Notes: generated from the sequence alone by a model not told the origin. DNA of 56,905 nt, filler included, from Sluysia triapertura (GCA_046118255.1; 4 parts of 4 records of this genome joined end to end with filler, not necessarily neighbours in it), one strand, 5' to 3'; shown: positions 37,070-50,953, counted from the whole stretch's first letter. Numbers and translations: made by a program.

Positions 37070-37975
37070 TGTAATGTTGGGATTACTCAACTGTTGTTGG
37101 GTAAGAAATTAGTGAGAAAATGGGGAACTGGAAAATCTTGGAACTGAAGAAATGATGGGCAAAACATAATTAAACATTATTGGAATGAGAATGACGAAGA
37201 TGAAAGAATCTATAATCATTTTGAGAATTGAGGAATACGTTGCAATTCCAAAGACACTTCTAAGTTTTTGGTACCCTTGAGGAAATTTGAGATTGGCCTG
37301 GAAACATTTTGAAGAATTAAAGTTTTCTTTAAGAACAACTGAGACATTTGAATAATCGTGTAAAGTGTTTGAAAATATTTTTAAAATATTTGTGAAACGA
37401 AATCATTATTAAAAAGACATTTAATACATTAATAGTTCGCATAGATAATTAGAATGGTGAAAATGAATCCATGAGTTCCTTGTAAAGTACCAAATAATTT
37501 TAGAAACTTGAGAGCCTTTAAGCATAAAATAGAATAAAGTCTAAAAAGAGATTAATTAATTAAAATCTTAATTAACCTAATTAAAGAAAAATACATTTTT
37601 ATAAGTAACATTTGAATGTGGAATGCTACGGCAAAGTTGTGACCTCGTATACATTTATTTTGGTTAGATCTTTAGATAAAAATATAGTTTGAACGAGTTC
37701 AGGCAAGGAAAGCCTTAATAATGAACAAAGTAAAATTTTAATTCTCAATTATAAAATGTTAAATGAATTGAATATGAGATAGAGAAGGATCTAAAATAAA
37801 TTTGAAATGTTTATAGAATGATATGTTCTATAATTTTTTCCGTTAAAAATTTAATTGCATTCTAAAAACAAACGTTAAATTCATTATTCTTATGTGTATT
37901 GTTAATACTAATGATTTTTAACTTAATGAGAAAAGTAATTTAGAATATAAGCCGCGTGGAATAGAGAAAAGTAAT
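37070..37975 (+). repeat. Dispersed repeat family A, copy 2
   Basis: Reverse-complement homologue of 3290-4345; TGTTGGG at 37075. Confidence 0.75.
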
Positions 37976-39219
37976 GGTGTGGTAGTCCAACCATTTACTC
38001 CAAGTTTTATCAAAAACTATCGCACACATCAGAATTGAACCCAATTAAACAACTTTTAACCTAATCTAAGAAAAGTAATAATAATAAGATAAATTCCTAT
38101 TTCATTTTTTATATAATTTTATAGGTTATGACAATTATTTCAAATGCATTCAATTAGTTAAAGCATATATCGAAATTAAAAAGAAAAATTCATGAATATA
38201 AACAAGTATTCAAATCTCTTACTTAAAATGAATTGCAAATTCTTGTAATTCTGAACTGCTTGAAATGCCCTGCACTTTTGAATTAATAATTAAAAAAGCA
38301 TTTGAATCAATAAAATAATTATAATTATATCTACCGCAATGTAAGCACCTAAAAGCGATTAAAATAAATCATTCATTATAATAATTAAAAAAATTATTAC
38401 TGCTAGAAAATCTTTCTAAAATAAAATCAGTTAACGAACAAGATAATACAATGAGTGTAATTTTCATAACGGTTCAATTATAACTAAAAGAATTCAAATT
38501 CAATTAGAAGAATATGTGCATGATAGCGATACAGTTAAAAAATGATAATTGTTTGTTTTATTGAGAAACTTATGGTAAACATGGCAGCTCTTACTGTTTT
38601 TCATGTTGATAAAGAATTTGAAAATGAATGTGTTGTAGAAAATGTATATTTATAAAATTGATGTCAGTTATATCAAAGAAATTCCTGTTACTTTTGATGA
38701 AAACAATCTTCATATTGAATATTGTAATAATTTCAATAAACTGATACTAGCAGTAATTGATAAATTTGGTTCACAAGAAAATCATACTAAAGGTATTGGA
38801 ATTAAAGCTAATGTTAAAGATGGGCTACGAAGGTGAATTAGAAAAAAATTAAGTAATGAAAGGTCGGATAATTAAAAATATTACAAATGATGATTATATT
38901 ATTGCAAACAATTCGAATTCAACGAAAGAATCAATAATAAGAAATGAAGTGAAATTAAAAGATTTGAATCAACAGATAGAACGACATGAACCCAAAATCG
39001 ATAATTTCTTAAAAGATTTATTTAAAAATTTATGGAATTCGACAAAAGATAGATGAATTTCAAAGAGAATGTAAAAGTAAAATAGTAATAATTATAATAA
39101 TCGCATATAATAATAATAATTTTATTACATTTGACTTATCATCACTAAATCTAGGTCGTATGCCTTCTTATAGTCAATTTTGAAATACAATCAAATGTGA
39201 ATTGGGTATATCATTACCA

Positions 39220-39595
39220 ATTCAATATAAATGTTCATGAAGCGAATTTAGATAATGCTGAATTTAATATAAATAATCATGAAATCAATGATGTTGAGTT
39301 TATGGCAAATAGTCATGAAATCAAATTAGATGATGCTAAATTTATTGTAAATATTTTCAAGTCAATTTTGATGATTCTAAACTTAATGTAAATGCACGTT
39401 AAATCAATTTAGACAATGCAGATCAATGTAAATAGTAATGAAGTCAATATAGAAAATGCGATTTACATTAAATCAAATTAGATGATGCTCAGCTTGGTAT
39501 GTATAGTCAGGAAGTCGATTTGGACGATGTTGAATTCAATAAATATAATCATGAAGTAAATTTAGATTATATTGAGCTTAATGTTAATGATCAAA
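39220..39595 (+). repeat. Degenerate 42-bp (14-codon) tandem repeat
   Basis: About 9 units translating to NxHEVNLDDAEFxV, with frameshifts. Confidence 0.75.
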
Positions 39596-41441
39596 TCTGT
39601 TCTAACTGTTACAATAGCAGCACAATCAGCTCACAGTTGTACCAAGACAACTACACAAAAGAATTCACCCGTTTGTGGATGCAAAATTAAAACTTTAAGT
39701 ATGCAATTTTACTAACATCAAAATTTTGTTTATGTGTGATATTTATATTTTTTCGCTATAAAACTTCATACTCTTATTTTGTTTTAGCTAAACTAATTAA
39801 ATCCCCTAAGTTGGAAATTCCAAATTGTTCCACAATAAAATAAAAACAAGTTGTTCTTCTAAACGATCAAATTACTCAAGTAGATATTCATGTTGAAATA
39901 AACACGAGCTACATAATCTCTTTAGCCTAATCAATCATTTACCAAATAAAACTGCTACAACAAATTTTAAACATAATTGCTAGAAAATAAAATTTATCAG
40001 AATATCATGTTTCTAATAAAGTATAAGAAAATTTATAATCCAGTATCACTTAAAAATTCATAGATTAAATAAAGTTTCGAATAATTGCATGCTAATTCTT
40101 TTAAAAACCACTTATGAACCAAGTGACACACGAAATTGTACTGAAGATTCTACAATTAATATCTCAGCTTTTCTGGAAGATTCACATGTTAAAGAAAGAT
40201 CACACATTCCATTTCATAATATGCATAATCACCATCTGAACCAACAAAAAAGGTTGATCATTAATCAAGTTTTTTGTGTTATGTACTTAATAAAGTCTGA
40301 CAAGTAGTATCATGTCATTGTCGGCTTGATTTTCAACGGATATTTAGATAAATTGCTTAAGAAAATGTTTTATTGAAAAACTCAAAAGTGATTGGAAAAT
40401 GAGAAAGTATAAAAAGGAGTCGTTGTAAAATTAACAATAACTATGATAGTATAATTAAATTAAAATTTAAAATCGTTATTTTACAAATATAAGTAAATCC
40501 AAATTTAAAATCATTATTGCTGGCAAGTGTATAATTAATAATAAAAAACTATGTATTTGTTAGAGTCAGCAGGTAATATTTACTAGTAATAGTGGCAAGT
40601 ATATTGAATATTTAATAATATATGAATAGTAATGGTAACTCTGTATAATAGCAAACTACGTATATGTGAATATTTATAGTGAGTAATATAGAACTTGACT
40701 AAACAGGAGTTAACTATAAAATAAAAATTAATTATAGAATAGAATTTTGCCCTAATAAAATAATAGCAAAAAATCTCTACATAAGGAAGAGCTTCCGTAA
40801 AGAAGATTAATTGAAAGTTATCATTGATTACAAATTGTATAATATTACAATTGTTATAATATTACAAGATATTATACTGATAAAAACTGACTGTTAAATT
40901 ATTAATATCCAAAACTGCAAAAAATAAATTTATTTATAAAGAGATAGTCAAGTGGAATCCCTTTTGTTGCGTATATCATTATAGCTACGTTTTAATTTTT
41001 GGTAAATAAAAAATTGTTTTAAGACCAAATAGTAGAATTTGAATCAACAACTCAGAAACAATATAAGCACTTCGAAATCTTACATCAGAAACGAGTAAAC
41101 TTTGACTTTCAGGATAAATTTTAACATTAAATTTAAATCTTATAATGACGTTAAAGTAATTTTGGATTAATATAAACAGCCATAGAAGAACATTAAAAAA
41201 AATTTTAACACAAAATTAACCCAACAAAAATATCTACCTCTATGACTGCGAAATAATGAGCCAATTTGTTATCTACTAAGAAAGATGTATAAAGTAATTT
41301 ATTTAATAAACCCCTTTTTTTCTTTAGTTTTTGGGTTTTAAAATGATATAATTAAAGACGCGGCAGTAGTAACGTCTCAAAATTTACAGAATAAAAACTA
41401 GATATTATTTTTTGCAGTAGAAATAAATCCAAAACGTCATT

Positions 41442-42530
41442 TGTGGTGGCCAACAGCCATAATTTAAAATTCATTAAAACATTACAACACTCAAATCACA
41501 AGCACATTCAACATTACCAAATTACAACAACTAGTTCATAAAAAACATAACATTTAAATCAATCACATGTCACACTATCGAATTACGTTAACTGAATCAT
41601 CACAATCAACATTCGACATTTATAATATTTCAACACACACACACACACTCTCAATCATTCACCTCATGTTATACTTTGATAATTAATGCCGAATAATCCA
41701 TAACATTCACTCAATAGTCATTCTATCAAACCAAACCACAACCATAATACATAATATGTAAATCACAAATACATTAACACAATTTAATAACATTAACAAG
41801 TACCTAAAACAGAAAACATTATGTAACAACCTCGAATCAATTACACTAATACAAACTCATTTCATCTACACATAATCATTATCAACATTTTTCAATAACA
41901 TCACAAATACGCTAAGATTTATTTTGTAATTGTCTTTTAAATTTAATAAACTATAACCTTTTAACAAAACTTTCAAACCATTATATTCAACACATAATTC
42001 TTGTTTTTGATTTCAAACCTTAAATAAATCTCAAGAATTTATCCTAACATTCTTCATTTCACTTACAATTCAAATCATTTAATTTCAAGAATTCTGAACA
42101 AATTTAATACAGCTTTAAAGAATTCATTGACGTATTATACCTCGTTACCGTTGCTCCTTCACAGCATGTCATCTGTTTTTGCTTTTTTTATTTTATTTTA
42201 TATGTAGTAGATTAAAGAATATAAAAGAAGATTGTGTAATTCAAGAGAAAGAATTATGCCATTGAAATTTATTTAATAATAATAATAATTTTATAAAATC
42301 AAATTATTTTAGTCGTCGCCATCATCAATAGTGACACTTTATTCAACATTTTTATCAATGTGTCAGTATTGATGATGGTCTGTCATCATAAATTACAATT
42401 TAATGCTGACATCCAATCACGACTGGTATTATTCATTCCAATTTCCTTCGAGTCGTGATTGGATAACCAATAGGCAGAAATTCAAGAAACAGGTAGTGAG
42501 AAATAAGAATTAACTGCATAGTATAATATA
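41442..42530 (+). repeat. Dispersed module B, copy 2
   Basis: Starts TGTGGTGGCCAACA, then a CA-rich tract; hairpins 42319-42378 (18/19) and 42411-42464 (14-bp perfect arms). Confidence 0.7.
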
Positions 42531-42676
42531 CAAATACAAAGCCAGTAAGAAAAAATAAAAAATTGGAGTGATAAACAAAATCAAACGACGTAAAACAGTA
42601 ACAGAAAAAGAGAAAATATTATCATTACTTTTATTATTGTAAATATTTATAATTTAAATTGGTTTCAAACACCGTG

Positions 42677-44354
42677 ATGAGTCTAAAAAATAAAACTACA
42701 AAAAGTAACGTAATTACAATGGATTCTAAAAGTTTTTCTGAAACACAAAATGAGCATGAAGTGATCCGAAAAAAGACATTTATGAGATGGATCGATTTTA
42801 TGTTTCTTAAATCAAACAGTTATATGAATTTTAGTAATGCCCAATGTTGTAATTTACTTCAATCAGGTTTTAATTTTTCTAGAACTCAGCTCAGTTATCT
42901 TGATGACAAAGTCACATTTGTGAAATAACAGCTCTAAAAATAAATGTCGTTTTTATTTCTAGATAAAGACTACGTGATTTGGAACTAAAATTACTATGCA
43001 CATTGATTGATGATAATTATTCAGAATTCGATGTAAAACATGTTCCGTAGAATTATAAAGTATTTAATCGAACCAGTATTTCCGAATAAAGTATTAGCTT
43101 ATTCGCGAATTCTAGACTATGCTTTTAATCCCAATAAAACTGTTGATGTAGACAACAATTATGATCTAAAGAAAAGAAACCAATTTTTACCATACTCACA
43201 TCAGTCAATCATTAGTAGTTATAATATGATCCGATAGATTCACCATCATTATGTGTGCATGATTATATACCGAAAAGGAATTATGATGATAAACAAATAT
43301 GTACATAAAGTTCTCAATGTCCTGCAAGTCCTACAGAATAATTTTCCAATGCTTCAATTTGTAACTTATCAGTTAATCATTACGAACATGTTAAAAAAAC
43401 AATCCCGTAATCCTATCTTACCACTTAATAGTCAACTACTGGATGATAGTACAATTTTAGTTCTATTACAAGCGAATATTAGTAAGTTGAAAGACATAAT
43501 CAACCCATGTTTAAGTATTATTACGTGTATATTCAACAAAGAGGCGAATTTTACTTACTTAGACAATTTCGAAACCAAATTAACGATACGATATCCATGC
43601 TTAGATAAATTATCGCAATACAAGTTGTTAATGATTGAGTTGATAGATCAAGAGGATTTTGAGTTAATCGTTAAAAACCTTTATAATATTAAGATAATTT
43701 ACGTGAGTTTTAATTTTATACATTCATTAACCTTTATTTTAGTTTATAAAATCACCAAACGGATTCATGAAGCTCAACAGAGTGTGGCGTGCACAAAAGA
43801 ACTGAAGAAGATAAAGAAGACAAAACCTTTAAATTAAATTTAAAATGTTTAATCATAAAATATATATCAATCAATGTGTTTTATTTGAATCTCCAAATTT
43901 ATACGTTTAAAAGATTTTTATTGTCATTAAATAAGATAATAATAAATGTGTGTTTAAAGTAACTGAATTAAATGCAAAAGAACTTTTAAATACTATCGAA
44001 GTTATTCCAATCCAAGCTTTGTGCGAGCACGTTAGGACTTGTAGTTTACTAAAAGATGTTAAAAACCGCATTACACAATACTCTGAAAACCTAGAAAGTA
44101 TATCAATAGATTTTATTAGAAGTTTAACTAACCTATTCTTAAAGTCTAGTATTAAAGTGACTTACAGTATCCTAAGTTTATTATTAAAACATTTGCTATT
44201 TAAATTTCACAAACAGGATACCATACTGATAGCAACGCTTAAAAATATAATAATATTACTAAACCATGAGATTAAAAACAAATACAAACATCTTAAAGAC
44301 CTAAATCTACCAAACCATTATTTTGATTTTTGTAAAGTAAAACAATGTTATTAG
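42677..44354 (+). pseudogene. Calponin-homology-domain protein (possibly ASPM/Asp-like), frameshifted
   Basis: RKKTFMRWID resembles the CH-domain QKKTFTxW motif; RLRDLELKLLCTLID; short GT-AG introns at 42911-42962 and 43703-43742; several broken ORFs. Confidence 0.4.
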
Positions 44355-44520
44355 AGCCAAATTTAATTTTCCAGAAACCTTTATTATTATTTCGTTATAT
44401 TATTAGTCTAAAAGAAAATATTGATATTATTTATTGTACATTTCTATGCTGTCCATTGGCTTGTTTGATTTTGCTAAAAATATTAATTGATCGATTATCT
44501 AGTTACGTTTATTTAAAGGG

Positions 44521-44602
44521 AAAATTGGAAAATACGAACTTTTTTTAAAAATTGGAAAACATTAACTTTTTCTTCAAAATTGGACAATACTAACTTTTCT
44601 TT
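44521..44602. repeat. About 28-bp tandem repeat, 3 copies
   Basis: AAAATTGGA(A/C)AA..AACTTTT repeated. Confidence 0.8.
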
Positions 44603-44635
44603 GACAAAGTTACTGTAAAATTTTTCATTAATTGT

Positions 44636-44735
44636 NNNNNNNNNNNNNNNNNNNNNNNNNNNNNNNNNNNNNNNNNNNNTTAATTAATTAANNNNNNNNN
44701 NNNNNNNNNNNNNNNNNNNNNNNNNNNNNNNNNNN
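44636..44735. other. Assembly spacer
   Basis: N44-TTAATTAATTAA-N44. Confidence 0.97.
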
Positions 44736-47383
44736 AATAATGCTATCAATCTCAATTTAATATAATTCAACTCTCGTATTAGAATGATCTTTATGTTTTT
44801 AAAATTTAATATTACATTGTCTTTATAAAATCTCATTTTAAAATGACAATTTGTTTAATTTTAATTTAAATTAGTTACTATTTGTTATTAAATTTTGAAT
44901 TTATATTAACTCTATTAAATATCATTTTAAATTGATATTAAGCATTATAATCTTGATGATAATGATTTAATTTTATTAAAATAATAAATTTAAATTAAAT
45001 GAATTTTAGATTTTATTTTAAATTAATTTTACTTTAAATAGATCTTTATTAAATGAAATTTTAGGATCCTGTTAAAATAAATGAATATTATGTTACAATA
45101 TAAATATAAATATAAAAATATAAAATATACAAAACGTTTAAATTCCAAAAGTTACGTAATTTTCAAAAAAGATTAATAAGTTATGAATTGGAATTAAAAA
45201 ATATTTAAATATTAATGGTAAGTTTGGGTTCAGCATTATCTAGTTTACCAAAGTTAAATTTCAATATAAAATTATTGTAACGGAGCATCAAATAAGAAGA
45301 CAAAGACAAAGTATATGGAGACGACAAAATGTTTAATAAATCAGTTGGAAAACCAATGAGACGAAGATGTCCAACACGTAAATATAAAACACAGAAGAAC
45401 CATGAAGTATGAAAAGCAAATAAATAATTATACTGCAAATTAAGGTCTATTAAATTCGTACGCAAATGTGCTTAGAATAAGGTCGTTCGTCAGAAAATTT
45501 TTGGAATCTTTTTTATAAGTACTTCATAAGATTTGTGAAATGTAACATTTGTCACATTATTATTTTATATTTCATACTCAGTCTAGTTTCTGCATTGTTT
45601 ACTTCCAAGAAATATTCTGGACTTCCATAATTTTATCATTATGTTTTGGAATTCGTTAAGATAACGTGTCATATGAGATGGTTTCGATTACACTTTTATT
45701 CTTTTAGATTTTAATTATGTCTCGATAAACACTGGAGTAGTTTATCGAATAGTTTATAAAGTTGTTTCATATAAATTTTTTAAATAATTAATTTTTTTTC
45801 AATTTTCATTTATCTAAGTACAATTCAAGTAAATAATTAATTTTTATGCATCACAGTACTTCAATACACAAATTGTAAGGTAATAAAAATAATTTAATCA
45901 AAATAGCTTAAGATTTGAAGCGAGAGGAATAAAAAAATTTCTTTCAAAAAATTGTATAAATCCTTGCATGATCAGTTGAATAAGATGCTCAAAGGTATTT
46001 TTAAATAATAATCATGAGTTTTACAAAAGTTTAATCTTGCATATCTGAATTATTTATTTATTTATACAGCCTATACATATTGCTGTATGATTATGGCATG
46101 ATTTTACTATAAAATTTAGATCTACGGAAATAGAACTTCTAATCAAAATGCATTTCAACTTAAGTAAAAAATTAAAATAGCAAACTTTAATACCTTTATA
46201 CCATTACATTAAAAAATATTTTTTAATTATAAATGTACATCTCGAGCTAGACCACTTAATAATAGAACGTTTATTATGAAATCTTTTATGATTTGATAAT
46301 TTATCATTTATTTTAGTTCATTAAGAACATACAAAAAGTTTTTCCATTTTTTATTATGAAATTTTTATCTGTTTACTTAATTACCAAGCATAGCAAAAAT
46401 TATAAATAAAAAATGTCTAATTAAATGACCAGTTTAATTTCGCTATAATTAATAATTAAATAATTAAAATTAATAATTAAACAATTATTTTAAATTAGCT
46501 AAATTAAACATTCTTTTCTCTGACAAAATATGTTATATAATTTCTCTACCGTTTGCATTTTTTTCCAAATAGTTTATTTTATTCAAATAAATCAAAGTTA
46601 AAAACAAGTAATTGTTGCCCATAATTGTTCAATGTTTGAAACAACGTTATAGACAAACTGAAAATTTTCATTGGATAACAAATATAGAATGTAGCGATTA
46701 TGAATATTGATAATATTACAAATATTTATTCTAACATGATGACTATTTATTTTTAAGATAAATATCTAAATGAATTTTTATGAATTTAAAGTTTTTTACT
46801 AAATAATTTCTATTTCATTAATTCTACAGTGGTTTTTTAATGAAAAATATCAATATATAAATATAAAAAGCTTATTACGTAGAAATATTTATTATTATAA
46901 GAAAAATAATATGGTAAATTAAAAGCTGTAATTGTAATTAAAATGTCAATCACATCTAGCTATTGTTAAAAAACAACTTAACTAAGGAAATCGGAAGTTA
47001 TGGTTGAAAAATTAAACTAAAAATGCATTCCATAGCTTGACATATTACTGATGATACTTTAACATACGCCAAGTCTTAACCTAAAGTGTGAAGGAAATTA
47101 AGCATTAGCGTTTATGATTGATAAATATATTTTTACATAACAGAGATGATTTAAAGAATAATTTTCAACTAAATTAATTTTTTGTTTCCTTGAGTCTAAA
47201 AAAATTAGAATGCTAAGCTCTTTTGTGTTTACACTCAAAGAAGAGAACATCGTAAGACAATTATTGACGGTAAAAATTAAGGTATTAGAGAAGGTTAACT
47301 AGACGCTCAGTAGTGTTGGGGTAAAAAGGCCTAAAAGTGCCATTTGGGAAAATTGAATATAATAAAAATGAAATTGTTAGACG

Positions 47384-47455
47384 GGGTTGATAGCTCAGTG
47401 GTAGAGCAGTCGAACTGCACAGCGATGGTCCCGGGTTCGATCCCCGGTCAGTCCA
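47384..47455 (+). tRNA. tRNA-like gene or pseudo-tRNA of uncertain isotype (Ala-like by G3:U70 and TGC; Cys-like if read CT-GCA)
   Basis: Paired acceptor GGGTTGA/TCAGTCC, D arm GCTC/GAGC, T arm CCGGG-TTCGATC-CCCGG, A and B boxes present; anticodon arm is non-canonical. Confidence 0.8.
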
Positions 47456-47459
47456 TTTT
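47456..47459 (+). terminator. Pol III terminator (T4)
   Basis: TTTT directly after the discriminator base. Confidence 0.55.
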
Positions 47460-47570
47460 ACGAAGTCTAACAAAAATATTAAGAAGGAATAGTAATTCAA
47501 TGAATAAATAGTAAGAAAATAATAATAATTATGATTCACTCGGACATCTCAAAACCGCTCTTCAGCATCA

Positions 47571-47690
47571 ATGAAATTTACAAGTGAGTTAATAAATAAA
47601 TTTACACTAAATTGGATAAGACAGAATGGAGGATAACCAAAAATAAAAGAAAAATTTAAAAAGGATACAGAGTCCGAAATAAATGTTGTA
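47571..47690 (+). pseudogene. Bcl-2-like BH2 remnant
   Basis: ELINKFTLNWIRQNGG*PKIKEKF; TAA at 47634 replaces the second BH2 Trp; aligns with FIDKILKLWIEKQGGWKNIIKANF at about 22650-22725. Confidence 0.6.
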
Positions 47691-50076
47691 TCTTAAGGAA
47701 TTTCCAAAAATTACTAACGAAGTTGATTTTTATGCAAAATCAGACAGACCGATACTACCCAGAGGTAATACTAGCCAGATATTCTAACTCAGGTACGGGA
47801 TCTTTATTTATAAAGAAAGTATATTAATTCTTATTAAAATTAAATAACATGCGATATTAGAGTTACGAAAATAATAATGTCGGCTGACACTTATTTTGAA
47901 ATCTTCGAGACAAATAATAGTGAAAACAAATAGTGATGTAAAGAGAAACCATAAAATATTATCACTTATTTACAATTAGCTCTTGCACAAACTGTAATTA
48001 TAAATTAGATTGAATCATATATAAAAGTGTAATATCTACAGATTATTATGTGATTGATTTATTTGAATGGTTTATTAAACATGAGACATTCTCGCTGCAC
48101 AGTTATCAAGCCAATTTAACAATTTATTTTCCTGATAGTCAATTTTACAATTTTATTATATTATAATAGATTGATATTGTTTTTTTTGAATTTACAAATA
48201 AACACAAAATAATTAGACGTTTTAGTCTTTATAATAAAATAAAATTTGAATTTTAAATTAATATTATTTACAATCAAATTACATCTTCATATTTCTTCTG
48301 TCAATATGTCAATTATTAATTCTTTGATTTTCTTTAAATTTGTAAAGACAAACAATAAAAAAGAAAGACCAAAATATTTAAATGAAGTAATTTTTATTTA
48401 ATGTTTATTTTTGTAAATAATTTATTAGAAAATAATTATTGAATGTATAAACAATTAAAACATGTCACACATATTAACGCATAAATCGATCTTTGAAATA
48501 AATTTTTATGAATGTGATTTCCAAGCAGTGATGCAATAACGTAATTGTGACGCCTTGTCTCATCTTCGCAAAATTAGTTGATAAGGGTCACCTAAAGTGT
48601 GCGGTTTATTTTTTCTACGAAAATATAAACGCTTTTCGAACTTCTTATACCAAGAACTTAAATAAAACTAACTATATTTCTTTAATAAAATAATTAGGGT
48701 TAGTTATTTGGAAAATATTTATTAAAGTAATGACCATCTGTAAATACGAGATGGGTTACTACCCAATAACAAAATTAATCGGTCTTGCACGAAGACTTAA
48801 ACACAGAACTAATTAATAACAATGAAACTACTAATTTAAACTACTAAATCAGAAAAATTTACCTGGTCAAAATGTATCAATAATATAATAATCGATAAGA
48901 TTTTGCTAAATCAGGTGCTCCAACTCTAGTGCACTAGGTGAAGATTCTAAAATGATTTTATCATTGGCTTAGCCAGCTCAAACATTAAAATATTTTATGT
49001 AAGATTTTATACATTATATAAGTAAGGAGACTTAAATAACAATTACTTACGAATTTTTCTAAAATTATTTGATAATAAATTATCCGAATTTCCAATGATT
49101 ATATTCTCAGCGATTGCTACATGAATTGATATGGATTATGACCGAACCATAGAAATAGTTTGAATTGATAAACAGGAGATATTTTACACATAATACATCA
49201 TGAACCTTTCATCAAGAACTGTTTTTAGCTCTTAATTTTATTTTGTTCTGTGTAGTTTATTTAAGAAATCATGGACACTACTTAAAGTAACGATTATGAT
49301 ACTACTTTTAAATAATGATGTAATCGTTCCTATTAAATGACATGTTCTCTATTGTAAGATATTGAGGCAGTGCACTGTGTCGCTGGGTAAAACTAATGCA
49401 TACATAATTTTGGTTATATGAACCGAGCTACAGAAAATAAAGGTTGATTCAAGAAGATCAAATGGTTTAAAATCTTTGATGGTATTCTGTTTAAAAAAAT
49501 TACTAACATAAAATGTTTAAAGAAATAATGAATCCTCCGACGATATAAAACTTACGCACATGATATTAATGACAAATTTGCGAAAATATTGAAGTTATAT
49601 AAATATCTTATGTGTTACAGCTAATATAGCTAATATACACAATTACGCGATAATTTAATATTAGTTTTTAGGTCATTTATTTTAAATTGATGTTTATCTG
49701 CTGTGATTTTATGGGATACATTAATAAAATAATACAAATTTCTTGAAATTAATATTTTAATCAAATCGATATACATCAACTTCAACTTATAAATGTATTT
49801 TAACACGATTTTTTGGCTTTGTAAATTGCCTTTAAAAAATAGAAATATGTTACGTAAGATTTTAAACATTAAAAACTTTGCGAATAAAATTAACGATAAT
49901 TATTTTTCTCACATAGATATTCCAATATAAATAAAAGTTTCAAGATGGTTCTATATTGCCAAATGTTCATTTAAATTGAATCTGCGATCGTTATTAGTGT
50001 TTTTGTGAGTTCCTTTTTCCTTCTTCTTGTGTAGTTTTTTATGTGGGTATTTGTTTATATATTGTTTTACTTTAAA

Positions 50077-50390
50077 ATGGAATTGCTGAAGAATTACTTC
50101 TCACAAAAATTCAAGGAAACAAAACTTTTGTACACAATTTATATTAACACGTTCGATAACGAAGATTGAAAAGAAAACTTGTACCACAATCCATGGAAAT
50201 ATTTCTTGGAAATGCCATTGGATTTTTTAACTGTGAAAAAGTATTGCAACATCTTATCGAAAACTGATAAGCTAGACACGTCACACATTTGCGATGTCAA
50301 GCTCAAAAGCAAGAACTGATACGTCGCATATATGCTAGGCTGGTGACAAACATGTTAAAGACAATGATGCAAAGATTGAACTGAAGATAT
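50077..50390 (+). pseudogene. FLYWCH-type zinc-finger remnant (Mutator-like element?)
   Basis: Across frameshifts GNKTFVHNLY...ISWKCHWIFNC...RHVTH. Confidence 0.3.
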
Positions 50391-50953
50391 AACATTTACC
50401 ACAACAATACAAATATACATTTTTTATGAATAAATAAACATATACAAACAAATGTATTAAATTTTACTATTATTTATTGTGATTTTATGTAATTTATGTA
50501 ATGATTTTGAATGTAGGTTATTCAAATTAACTTTTAAAAATGATTTTATGAGTATTAATTTTTAATTAATTACGAAGGTGGAATGAATAATGATAATTTA
50601 AAATATTAACAAATTACTAATTCCTCTTTAATGACTTTAATAACAATTTGACCCTTGCTAATGAAGGGAAAAAATTATTTAAACAAAATTTACTATTCTC
50701 TTAATTAAAGCTTAGGTTTATTTTTTGAGCAACAATTAATCTGTACCGGCCACAAAATAAAAGCAGATGTAATAAATGGTCCTGGATTTGGTCGTTTCAC
50801 TCGAAAAATTTTAATTACGTATAATTTCTCGTATCCATTTTAACTGCTAACTCATAGTAGTACTTTTTTATTGCACCTAAAATTATTTATTAAGTTGTTA
50901 GTAGTGTATCACATCGGATTTATTGGTTTGCTTATTTCATTGTTAATTTATTA

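Noticed and set aside
45340-45470. RRRCPT...YCKL...RKCA resembling the piggyBac C-terminal Cys-rich domain
   Set aside because: Several required cysteines are missing and no catalytic core is visible.
46069-46120. PIHIAV ankyrin-like motif after an AG acceptor
   Set aside because: Immediately followed by a stop; too short to support.
47285-47539. Minus-strand ORF containing DRGSNPGPS
   Set aside because: It is the antisense translation of the tRNA-like gene.
50741-50770. CTGTACCGGCCACAAAA resembling a Tc1 TIR
   Set aside because: No TA target, altered first bases, no partner end.
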